64,000 bases of DNA from Candidatus Onthoplasma sp. (GTDB lineage: Bacteria > Bacillota > Clostridia > Christensenellales > UBA1242), in NCBI GenBank assembly GCA_045633705.1, contig JAZQYV010000010.1:129669-193668 (forward strand). The letters are read 5' to 3'. Position numbers and translations under genes: made by a program. Below the pieces are notes generated by a model that was not told the origin of the DNA, ran no database searches, and saw only the letters and a list, made by a program, of their open reading frames with translations. The first letter of the stretch is position 1. Each line of letters opens with the position of its first letter. This document shows, one piece after another, positions 20,035 through 28,206 of this stretch.

Positions 20035-20691
20035 TTATTTTAACATAAAGTGGTTTTTGGTAAAGTCTAGGATTCCTTTATCACGCAGTTTGCAAAGTTC
20101 GTAACTTAGGGCGCTGCGGTCAACCGATAGATAGTCCGCAAGTTCTTGGCGATTGAATGGAATATCAAAGTATTTAGAATTTTGCTTTTTGCTAACATAT
20201 TGAAGATATGCTAAAACTTTGTCCTTTGTGGAAGGCTTGGTGATGTGGTTAAACTTTTGCATAAGTTCGATATTTTTTTGTGAAATTATTTTAACCAGAT
20301 TATTTTGTAGTTGAGTGTGTCGTGGGCACATATTTTCGCATGGCTGGACCACACGATATTTGTTCATCAGCAAAACTTGAGTGTCTTCAATGGCGGTTAG
20401 GGTGTATTTTGCATTGGTTTCGCCACTGTAAGCTTCTTCAATGCCAACAGCGTCCCCAGTAAAGTAATCGGCAAGGATGGAACTGCCTCCATAGATGTCG
20501 GAAATGACGGTTCTAAGGTGGCCGTCAAGCACTAAAACGATACTTTCAAAAGGTTGGTCCTCATCGATTAAAATATCGCCTTTTTTGACCTCTAAAACCC
20601 TAGTTTTAAAGCAAAAATGAAGCGCTTTTATGTCAGAATTGCTGATATTTTCAAAAATTTTTGATTTTTTCATTTTTTGTAAAATTTCCAT
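20035..20691 (-). CDS. Crp/Fnr-family transcriptional regulator
   Basis: N-terminal cNMP-binding-like beta-roll and C-terminal HTH (NRQELADYLSVDRSALSYELCKLRDKGIL). Confidence 0.85.
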   Translation of the reverse strand: MEILQKMKKSKIFENISNSDIKALHFCFKTRVLEVKKGDILIDEDQPFESIVLVLDGHLRTVISDIYGGSSILADYFTGDAVGIEEAYSGETNAKYTLTAIEDTQVLLMNKYRVVQPCENMCPRHTQLQNNLVKIISQKNIELMQKFNHITKPSTKDKVLAYLQYVSKKQNSKYFDIPFNRQELADYLSVDRSALSYELCKLRDKGILDFTKNHFMLK

Positions 20692-20804
20692 AAAAAGACC
20701 TCATTTTGTTGGAAAAACAACGTAATTTATACAAATAATGTACTATAATGGCGGTGTAAAGTCAAGATTTTGAATGACTTTAAACAAAAAAGGAGAAAAA
20801 TTTT

Positions 20805-22982
20805 ATGAGGATTATTAAGCGTAGTGGGCAAGAAGTGCAATTTGATGAAGAAAAAATCAAAAATGCAATTAGCAAGGCTAATTTATCGGTTGATGAGGTT
20901 AGCAAGCGTTTAACTGAGGAGCAAATTGACGCAATTGTAAAAGGGGTTGTGTCAGAGTGTGAAAATGTTGGACGTGCGGTTCATGTTGAAGAGGTTCAAG
21001 ACCTTGTTGAGCATGAAATTATGAAGACCGGTAGCTTTGATGTGGCTAAAAACTACATTACTTATAGATATAAGCGTGCATTGGTGCGTAAGGCTAATAG
21101 TACCGATAAGCAAATTTTATCGTTGATTGAAACAAACAACGAGGAAGTTAAGCAAGAAAACTCTAACAAAAATCCAGCCGTAAATAGCGTTCAACGTGAC
21201 TATATGGCAGGCGAAGTTAGTAAAGACATTACAAAAAGATTTTTACTTCCAGCCGACATTGTTGATGCGCACGAGCAAGGTATAATACATTTCCACGATA
21301 TGGATTATTTTGCACAACATATGCACAACTGTTGCTTGGTAAACCTTGAAGATATGTTACAAAACGGAACCGTTATTAGCGGAACCAAAATTGACAAGCC
21401 AAATTCATTTAGTACGGCTTGTAATATTGCTACTCAAATTGTAGCGCAAGTAGCAAGTTCACAGTATGGTGGACAAAGTATCAGTATTGCTCACCTAGCA
21501 CCATTTGTTGATGTTAGTAGACAAAAAATCAAAGCGCAAGTAAGTGAAGAACTTATGGAAGCGTGTGGACACGTTGATGAAAAACTATTAAACAAGATTG
21601 TTGAAAAGCGCCTTGATAAGGAAATTCAAAACGGTGTGCAAACAATACAATATCAAGTGGTAACGCTTATGACCACAAATGGGCAAGCCCCATTTATAAC
21701 CGAATTCTTGTATTTAGGTGAAGCAAAGTCAGAGCAAGAAAAGGCTGATATTGCAAAACTTATTGAAGAAACTTTAAGACAACGTCATAAGGGTATTAAA
21801 AACGAAGATGGTGTGTATGTGACACCTGCTTTCCCAAAACTTATTTATGTATTGGAAGAGGATAATATAAACAAAGATAGCAAGTATTGGTATTTAACCG
21901 AACTTGCTGCAAAGTGTACAGCTAAGCGCATGGTTCCGGACTATATTTCGGAAAAGAAGATGTTGGAACTTAAGATTGATGCAAATGGCGAAGGGCATTG
22001 TTATACCTGTATGGGTTGCAGAAGCTTCTTAACACCTTATGTTGACGAACAAGGCAAGCCAAAGTATTATGGCAGATTTAACCAAGGTGTGGTAACGGTC
22101 AACCTAATTGATATTGCGCTTTCTGCTGAAAAAGATATAAACAAGTTCTGGGAAATATTTGACGAACGTATGGAGCTTTGCCATCGCGCGCTTCAATGCC
22201 GTCACGACCGCTTGACTGGCACAGTAACCGATGTTGCGCCAATATTGTGGCAACATGGCGCATTGGCAAGATTAAAGTCTGGCGATGTGATTGATAGCTT
22301 GCTTCATGGTGGATATTCTACAATCTCGCTAGGCTATGCGGGACTTTGGGAAACTGTGTATGCGTTGATTGGTAAAAAGCTGACTGAGCAAGAGGGTAAA
22401 GAACTTGGCATTAAGATACTTGAAAAGTTAAATTACTATACCAAGAAATGGAAGATGGCTGAAAATATTGATTATTCGTTATACGGCACGCCACTTGAAA
22501 GTACAACCTACAAATTTGCAAAAAGTTTACAAAAACGTTTTGGTATTATCGAAGGTGTTACTGACAAAAATTATATTACCAACTCTTATCACGTACACGT
22601 AACTGAACCAATTGATGCGTTTAGCAAGCTTGCGCTTGAAAGCGAATTCCAAGCGCTTAGCCCAGGTGGGGCAATTAGTTATGTTGAAGTGCCTAATATG
22701 CAAAACAATATTGAAGCAGTACTTCAAGTTATGCGATTTATATACGACAACATTATGTATGCCGAGCTTAACACAAAAAGCGATTATTGCCACGTATGTA
22801 GTTATGATGGCGAAATTCAGGTTGTTGAAGATGATGGCAAACTTGTGTGGGAGTGCCCACATTGTAAAAATCGCGACCAAACCAAGATGAATGTGGCGCG
22901 CCGTACCTGTGGATACATAGGCTCGCAGTATTGGAATCAAGGAAGAACACAAGAAATTAAGGATAGGGTATTACATTTATAA
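20805..22982 (+). CDS. nrdD: anaerobic ribonucleoside-triphosphate reductase
   Basis: N-terminal ATP-cone (MRIIKRSGQEVQFDEEKI), C-terminal Cys4 site and glycyl-radical motif RRTCGYIG. Confidence 0.95.
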   Translation: MRIIKRSGQEVQFDEEKIKNAISKANLSVDEVSKRLTEEQIDAIVKGVVSECENVGRAVHVEEVQDLVEHEIMKTGSFDVAKNYITYRYKRALVRKANSTDKQILSLIETNNEEVKQENSNKNPAVNSVQRDYMAGEVSKDITKRFLLPADIVDAHEQGIIHFHDMDYFAQHMHNCCLVNLEDMLQNGTVISGTKIDKPNSFSTACNIATQIVAQVASSQYGGQSISIAHLAPFVDVSRQKIKAQVSEELMEACGHVDEKLLNKIVEKRLDKEIQNGVQTIQYQVVTLMTTNGQAPFITEFLYLGEAKSEQEKADIAKLIEETLRQRHKGIKNEDGVYVTPAFPKLIYVLEEDNINKDSKYWYLTELAAKCTAKRMVPDYISEKKMLELKIDANGEGHCYTCMGCRSFLTPYVDEQGKPKYYGRFNQGVVTVNLIDIALSAEKDINKFWEIFDERMELCHRALQCRHDRLTGTVTDVAPILWQHGALARLKSGDVIDSLLHGGYSTISLGYAGLWETVYALIGKKLTEQEGKELGIKILEKLNYYTKKWKMAENIDYSLYGTPLESTTYKFAKSLQKRFGIIEGVTDKNYITNSYHVHVTEPIDAFSKLALESEFQALSPGGAISYVEVPNMQNNIEAVLQVMRFIYDNIMYAELNTKSDYCHVCSYDGEIQVVEDDGKLVWECPHCKNRDQTKMNVARRTCGYIGSQYWNQGRTQEIKDRVLHL

Positions 22983-23512
22983 TGCATTACGGAAATATTA
23001 AACTTAATGATATTGCAAATGGCGAGGGTATAAGAGTTAGCCTGTTTGTTTCAGGGTGCACAAATCATTGTAAGGAATGCTTTAATCCTGAAACATGGAA
23101 TTTTGAATATGGCAAGCCTTTTACTAGTGAAACCGAACAATTTATTTTAGATAATTTAAAATCGGATTTTGTTAATGGCTTGACATTGCTTGGGGGAGAA
23201 CCTTTTGAACCGAGAAATCAAGAAGTTTTACTTAATCTTGTAAAAAGGGTGCGACAAATTTATCCAAACAAAACAATATGGGCATATTCGGGCTTTAGAT
23301 TTGATGATGAATTGTTAAAGGCTGGAGCGTACCCAAACTGTAAGTTTACGCTGGAACTTTTGCAAAACATTGATATTTTAGTGGATGGTAGGTTTGATAG
23401 AGATTTGCGTGATATACGTTTAAACTTTAGAGGTTCTAGCAATCAACGTATTATCGATGTAAAAAAATCGTTAAAAGAAAATAAAATTATATTATCGGCA
23501 TTAAATAATTAA
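22982..23512 (+). CDS. nrdG: anaerobic RNR activating protein (radical SAM)
   Basis: CTNHCKEC (CX3CX2C) motif. Start overlaps the nrdD stop (TAATG). Confidence 0.9.
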   Translation: MHYGNIKLNDIANGEGIRVSLFVSGCTNHCKECFNPETWNFEYGKPFTSETEQFILDNLKSDFVNGLTLLGGEPFEPRNQEVLLNLVKRVRQIYPNKTIWAYSGFRFDDELLKAGAYPNCKFTLELLQNIDILVDGRFDRDLRDIRLNFRGSSNQRIIDVKKSLKENKIILSALNN

Positions 23513-23577
23513 AAAAATAATATAAAAACATAAAATATTTACAAAAAACGTTAAAATAATCAATAGAATGTTTAAAA

Positions 23578-23611
23578 ATAGGAAAAGGATTAATATTTTT
23601 CCTATTTTTTA
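23578..23611 (+). terminator. Rho-independent terminator after nrdG
   Basis: ataggaaaa / ttttcctat stem, 10-nt loop, then TTTTTT. Confidence 0.7.
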
Positions 23612-23737
23612 TTTTTAAATAATGTAATAAATACAAATAAAAAATAATTATAGGAATGTTTAAATATTTATATTTAAATTATTTTCTAAAAGTTGATGTT
23701 TTTATGTGAAAGTGATATACTTAAAGTAAGGTGGAGT

Positions 23738-24412
23738 ATGGAAGTAACAAAGGACAAAAGTTGTATTAAATATTTTATTGTTGCAGGCATAATTTTGTTA
23801 TGTCTTTATTCTAATGTTATTGCTAAATTGTTTGAATCGATTTTTGATAATATCTATTATGGAAATTTGGTGGATATGTTTAGCGCAATTATTAGTGCAC
23901 TTGTTTGGGGTGTTGAAATAGTTGCCTTGATTTTTGTGTGTAGAAAAATAGGGGTTAAATTATTTACAATTAGACAAAACAGGGGCAAAGAATTAAAGCT
24001 GTGGAAAGTGATAGTGCTGTTTGTTTTAACAGTATTGCCTATGATTGTGATTAGTGCATGTCTTAGCTGGAAAGTGAAAATTGTGTATGCATTGGGAGAA
24101 AGGGTTACAACGGTTGGGCTTGTGTGCAATGTGTGCGAAATTTTGGCGTATGCGGTTCGTATGCTTTTGATGATTATGTTTATAGCCTGTGTTCAAAAAG
24201 GCTTTGAAATGTTGTTTAAAACAAAATGCGTTATTCCTTATGGCGCAATTTTTGCACTACTTACATTTGGATTAATTGACTTTTTTGTTCTTGCTATGGA
24301 CCTGAGGGTATTTTATTTAATTGTTAGCTTTTTGTATGGTGTTATATATTTGGTTGCGGACAAAAAATTTGCCGTGAGCTGGATATTGTGTTATTTAATA
24401 TATTTATTGTAG
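23738..24412 (+). CDS. polytopic membrane protein, unknown function
   Basis: AAGGTGGAG SD upstream of the ATG at 23738. About 6 hydrophobic helices. Ends 8 nt before the LtaS-family gene. Confidence 0.6.
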   Translation: MEVTKDKSCIKYFIVAGIILLCLYSNVIAKLFESIFDNIYYGNLVDMFSAIISALVWGVEIVALIFVCRKIGVKLFTIRQNRGKELKLWKVIVLFVLTVLPMIVISACLSWKVKIVYALGERVTTVGLVCNVCEILAYAVRMLLMIMFIACVQKGFEMLFKTKCVIPYGAIFALLTFGLIDFFVLAMDLRVFYLIVSFLYGVIYLVADKKFAVSWILCYLIYLL

Positions 24413-24419
24413 GTGAAGT

Positions 24420-26651
24420 ATGAAAAAATTCTTAAAATCAAATTGTTTAATATGGATTTATTTTGGGTTGGTGACATTAATAGAGTTGTTGGCCGTGTTT
24501 GTAACTAGCGACAAATTTTATATTCGTTCACCTTTAATATTTTTGCTTGTGCAACTATTTATTATGCTATTGCTTTTAGCTGTTCCAAACAATAAGGCAA
24601 GGCACAGAATATCATACTTACTATTAATATTCTTTATGGTTGTAAACCTTGTGTTTATAGTTATATTTGAAATGACTGAAACGATATTTGATTATGGTAT
24701 GTTTAACTTGCGTAATGATGGAATGGCGATACTTGAATCGGTGCCAATTAATTTTACATTTTTTGCAATATCGATGCTTGCAATTGCCTTGTATATTGTA
24801 TTTGGTGGCAGATACGCTAGACATGCTGAAAAACCTGTTAGTATTAAGTGGTGGGCGATACCAAGCGTTATTATTACAATAACCAGTTTGGGGGTTACGT
24901 TGTGGGCGAACAACCGAAATTTTGAAAGCGATGTAACAGACAAATTGTATCGTACTAGTGAGGCTAGTTATGCTGAATATGGTGTGGTTGGAAACTTTTT
25001 AAATGAGTTTGTAAAAGGAAGTTTCTTTAGCAAGGTCAAATTGGGTGATGAACAACAGATAGAGGACTTTATATACGATGCCGACAGCGTTTATAAAACC
25101 AATTTTGAAACAACAGAAGAATATAATGTGATTACAATATTGTCCGAGTCGCTTGAATGGCACGGATTTATGCAGGATTTTAAATTGTTTGTAAATGGTT
25201 ATAATATAAACTATTCTCAATATAATGATGAATACGGCAATCCTTATACCAGCGCAGAGCAAATTTTAAGAGAATTGTATCCAAATCTTTATAATTTTTA
25301 TGATACAAGCATTGTTATGACCAACTTTTATTCACGAGAAAAAACAGATATTTCTGAAAATATAAGCTTTTTGGGAGCGTATCCAACAAATGTATATATA
25401 AATTATGATTTTCCTAGCAATACAATGAGCACGACTTTGCCAAATGTGTTAAAGGCTTTGGATGAAGATATAACCTGCAATTCGTTCCATAATGGTAGCT
25501 ATACATATTATAATAGAAATAAAGAACTGATATCTGCTGGTTTTGATAGCTATACTGCTACAGAACAAATGAAAAAAATGGGTATGACTGATTATAGTGC
25601 CAAGGGTGAACGCAATTTGGATGCTGAAATGATTGAAGTTTGTGCAGATAAAATGTTTCCTGCGGACCAACGCTTTTATACTTATATAACCAGTATTACA
25701 ATGCATGGTCAATATACATATCGTAAAAATTTGGCCGAAAGGGGCTATTATGACAAGCTTGCGAAGTTTGGAATAAAGGCAAGAGCTGGTAAAAGTTTTG
25801 ATGCGTTTAATCATAACAATTTTTATTATTACACAGCATGTGTTATGGAGTTTGATAGGGCTTTGGGCGTTATTATGGACGAGCTTGAAACTCGCGGATT
25901 AAAAGAAAACACTGTTATATGCTTGTTTGGCGACCATAATACTTACTATTCAAGCCTTTCAAATTATGTAAAAGATATTAAAGATGTTAAAGATGACAAC
26001 TACACTAATTTATTTAGAGTGCCTTGTATGATAAATGTGCCAAGTGTTTTGAGTGGTAAAATTGAAACGTATTTAAGCTCAACAATTGTTGATAGGCTGG
26101 CAAATCAATTGATTGAACAAAATAATTCGTTGAATAATGCGCAGGCGCGTGAAGTTGCACAACAACAAATCAACAATAGGTATATTGTAAATAAAAACAA
26201 TGCTGGCACACAAATTATTGTTAAAAAATTTATGTGTACGGCGGATATGTTACCAACATTATTCGACTTATGTGGCATAAATGTTTATGGTAATTTATAT
26301 TTTGGGCATTCGGCATTTGATTTGACCAGTAGTGTATTGTATTCTCGAGCGTATGATATGTTTATAACCGACAATATGTATTTTGTAAGTTTAAACAATA
26401 TCAAGTATATTCGTAAAGATAATCCGGATGCTAATAATGACCCGGCACGTGCTTATGCTGATTTATCAAACTATGACAGCGAAGAGCATATTGCTGAAGT
26501 TGAAATAGAGGCTAAAAAACTTTTGCAAAAATTAAGTGTGTGTAATCGTATCTTTTATAACGATTATTTTGGGAGAAAAAATATTAACAATAATTTAAAA
26601 ACGAATAATGAAATATTTAAAGAAAAATTATTAGAAATTAATTATAAATAA
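24420..26651 (+). CDS. LtaS-family (sulfatase-fold) phosphoglycerol/lipoteichoic-acid-synthase-like enzyme
   Basis: Five N-terminal TM helices and an extracytoplasmic sulfatase-like domain (ILSESLE.., VICLFGDHN). Confidence 0.82.
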   Translation: MKKFLKSNCLIWIYFGLVTLIELLAVFVTSDKFYIRSPLIFLLVQLFIMLLLLAVPNNKARHRISYLLLIFFMVVNLVFIVIFEMTETIFDYGMFNLRNDGMAILESVPINFTFFAISMLAIALYIVFGGRYARHAEKPVSIKWWAIPSVIITITSLGVTLWANNRNFESDVTDKLYRTSEASYAEYGVVGNFLNEFVKGSFFSKVKLGDEQQIEDFIYDADSVYKTNFETTEEYNVITILSESLEWHGFMQDFKLFVNGYNINYSQYNDEYGNPYTSAEQILRELYPNLYNFYDTSIVMTNFYSREKTDISENISFLGAYPTNVYINYDFPSNTMSTTLPNVLKALDEDITCNSFHNGSYTYYNRNKELISAGFDSYTATEQMKKMGMTDYSAKGERNLDAEMIEVCADKMFPADQRFYTYITSITMHGQYTYRKNLAERGYYDKLAKFGIKARAGKSFDAFNHNNFYYYTACVMEFDRALGVIMDELETRGLKENTVICLFGDHNTYYSSLSNYVKDIKDVKDDNYTNLFRVPCMINVPSVLSGKIETYLSSTIVDRLANQLIEQNNSLNNAQAREVAQQQINNRYIVNKNNAGTQIIVKKFMCTADMLPTLFDLCGINVYGNLYFGHSAFDLTSSVLYSRAYDMFITDNMYFVSLNNIKYIRKDNPDANNDPARAYADLSNYDSEEHIAEVEIEAKKLLQKLSVCNRIFYNDYFGRKNINNNLKTNNEIFKEKLLEINYK

Positions 26652-26760
26652 TTTTTAATCAATTAAATTATTTATAAATACCTAATTTAGGCGTATTTAG
26701 TTAAATTAAAATAAACTGTTATAATATTAATTTTATTAAAATGTAAGGAGAAAAAATAAT

Positions 26761-27051
26761 ATGTGGTTTGTGTTTGTAATACCATTTGTGATATTTTTTA
26801 TAATATTTTTATTAGTTGCAAAAAGTATATTTAAATCACACAAAAAATTAGATGATTTGGCATCTAAAGCTATTGGAGAGGAGAGAGCCGAATCTTCGCC
26901 AGAAATCCTTGAGGTGTTTATACCAGTGCAGCCGACTGAGCCTGCAAAGCCAAAGGAAGTGTATGTTGAATGCGAGTATTGTGGAGAGAGTGTACAGCTA
27001 GGACAAAGAGAATGCCCATCGTGTGGCGCGCGATTAAAAGTTAAAAAGTAA
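26761..27051 (+). CDS. small membrane-anchored protein with a C-terminal zinc ribbon
   Basis: N-terminal TM helix and CEYCGESV..CPSCGARL. Confidence 0.65.
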   Translation: MWFVFVIPFVIFFIIFLLVAKSIFKSHKKLDDLASKAIGEERAESSPEILEVFIPVQPTEPAKPKEVYVECEYCGESVQLGQRECPSCGARLKVKK

Positions 27052-27062
27052 ATAGCAAAAAG

Positions 27063-27105
27063 CAAAACCTTGTCAGTGTTGGGCTGGTAGTAAGGTTTTG
27101 TTTTT
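27063..27105. terminator. bidirectional terminator between convergent genes
   Basis: caaaacctt / aaggttttg stem with a T-run on both strands. Confidence 0.6.
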
Positions 27106-27161
27106 GCAAAGGTAAGGTTATTTTATTAATCGTATAAAAAAGATTGAATGTCATATGTGCG

Positions 27162-27476
27162 TTATTTTTCTTGGAAGCTATTGCATGGTGCGTTGAGTTT
27201 TGCAGAGCCAACAAAAATGCCATTAGACATACATTCTTGATTTTTGTTAAACAAACAATTTATAGCGCTACATTTTATATCAATGCATTTACAATGCCTA
27301 AATGGTGCAATCTCGGGTTCGTGGTCAAACATATCTTTTGAAACATCTTCAACAGGCTTCGATTTGTCAATTGCAATATCTGCACAACTTGCCTTTTTAG
27401 TAACTTCTAAATGTTTTCGATCACATTTCATATTGTTATTATATGTGCAACTATATTTTCTACATACTATATCCAT
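27162..27476 (-). CDS. Cys-rich DUF1540-like protein (two repeats)
   Basis: Two copies of the C..C.YN....C....L.V / C.A..C.FN....C pattern. AGAGG SD upstream. Confidence 0.65.
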   Translation of the reverse strand: MDIVCRKYSCTYNNNMKCDRKHLEVTKKASCADIAIDKSKPVEDVSKDMFDHEPEIAPFRHCKCIDIKCSAINCLFNKNQECMSNGIFVGSAKLNAPCNSFQEK

Positions 27477-27596
27477 AATTTACCTCTAGATGTAGTATTG
27501 TCAATATGGGGACTATTTATTAATATAATTTCACAATTGTTTGATATTATAAAATTTACAAGAGAATAAATTATCAAAGGGACAACAAATAAAAAA

Positions 27597-27626
27597 AGTC
27601 GAAACATTTGTTTCGACTTGCTTTTT
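27597..27626 (-). terminator. Rho-independent terminator after tRNA-Glu
   Basis: agtcgaaac / gtttcgact 9-bp stem. A T-run follows on the minus strand. Confidence 0.75.
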
Positions 27627-27701
27627 TGGTAGCCCCTACGGGAATCGAACCCGTGATACCGCCGTGAAAGGGCGGTGTCTTAACCGCTTGACCAAGGGAC
27701 C
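27627..27701 (-). tRNA. tRNA-Glu (anticodon UUC)
   Basis: Reverse complement GGTCCCTTGGTCAAGCGGTTAAGACACCGCCCTTTCACGGCGGTATCACGGGTTCGATTCCCGTAGGGGCTACCA folds as a cloverleaf. Anticodon loop is CTTTCAC and CCA is encoded. Confidence 0.9.
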
Positions 27702-27709
27702 ATATATAG

Positions 27710-27785
27710 TGGTAGCGGTAGAAAGATTTGAACTTTCGACCTATCGGGTATGAACCGATCGCTCTAACCCCTGAGCCATACCGCC
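27710..27785 (-). tRNA. tRNA with CAU anticodon (elongator Met, or Ile2 if lysidine-modified)
   Basis: Reverse complement GGCGGTATGGCTCAGGGGTTAGAGCGATCGGTTCATACCCGATAGGTCGAAAGTTCAAATCTTTCTACCGCTACCA forms a cloverleaf with encoded CCA. Confidence 0.85.
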
Positions 27786-27817
27786 ACAATATCTTTCGCA
27801 CGCGTCAAGATATTTGT

Positions 27818-27846
27818 AGTATACAACAAAAAAAAGTGTATGTCAA
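27818..27846 (-). promoter_or_regulatory. promoter of the tRNA-Met/tRNA-Glu operon
   Basis: Minus strand reads TTGACA, 17-nt spacer, TATACT, about 30 nt upstream of the first tRNA. Confidence 0.65.
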
Positions 27847-28075
27847 GCCAATTTTCAAAAAAAATTGCAAAATTTTAAAAATTTTTTAAAAATTTGCCGC
27901 TTTGTGTTGTGTTTTGTTCAAGATTAAGTGATGAAAACAAAAAAATATAGTAAAGGCTGATACGTTTTAGATGGATTTAATTATTTGGATTATTATCTGT
28001 TGGGCCAATAGTAGTATTGTTGGACTGTTTTAAAATTAAAAATCAATATTTGCGCACAATATTTTAAAACAGGCC

Positions 28076-28104
28076 TTGACTTAAATAAGAAAAAGTGTTA
28101 TTAT
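28076..28104 (+). promoter_or_regulatory. promoter of the 1369-aa ORF
   Basis: TTGACT, 17-nt spacer, TATTAT, about 100 nt upstream of the start codon. Confidence 0.6.
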
Positions 28105-28206
28105 ATAAATAATATGGGAAGTTTTTGTTAGATTGATGTTGTTTGCAGAAGACGCTTTCTTAAAATTATGGTAACGATTGTTGCCAATAAAGATTAGGAG
28201 ATAAGT

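Noticed and set aside
27710-27785. The CAU-anticodon tRNA as the initiator tRNA-fMet.
   Set aside because: The anticodon stem lacks the three consecutive G-C pairs (it is ATCGG/CCGAT). Position 1:72 is G-U rather than the bacterial C-A mismatch. Both tRNAs in this operon show G1-U72 in my hand fold, which should be rechecked with tRNAscan-SE.
27850-28075. The very AT-rich stretch with near-palindromic aaaatttt runs, considered as a replication or recombination site.
   Set aside because: It contains only low-complexity A/T tracts, with no discrete repeated boxes. It is most simply the divergent promoter/UP region between the tRNA operon and the giant ORF.
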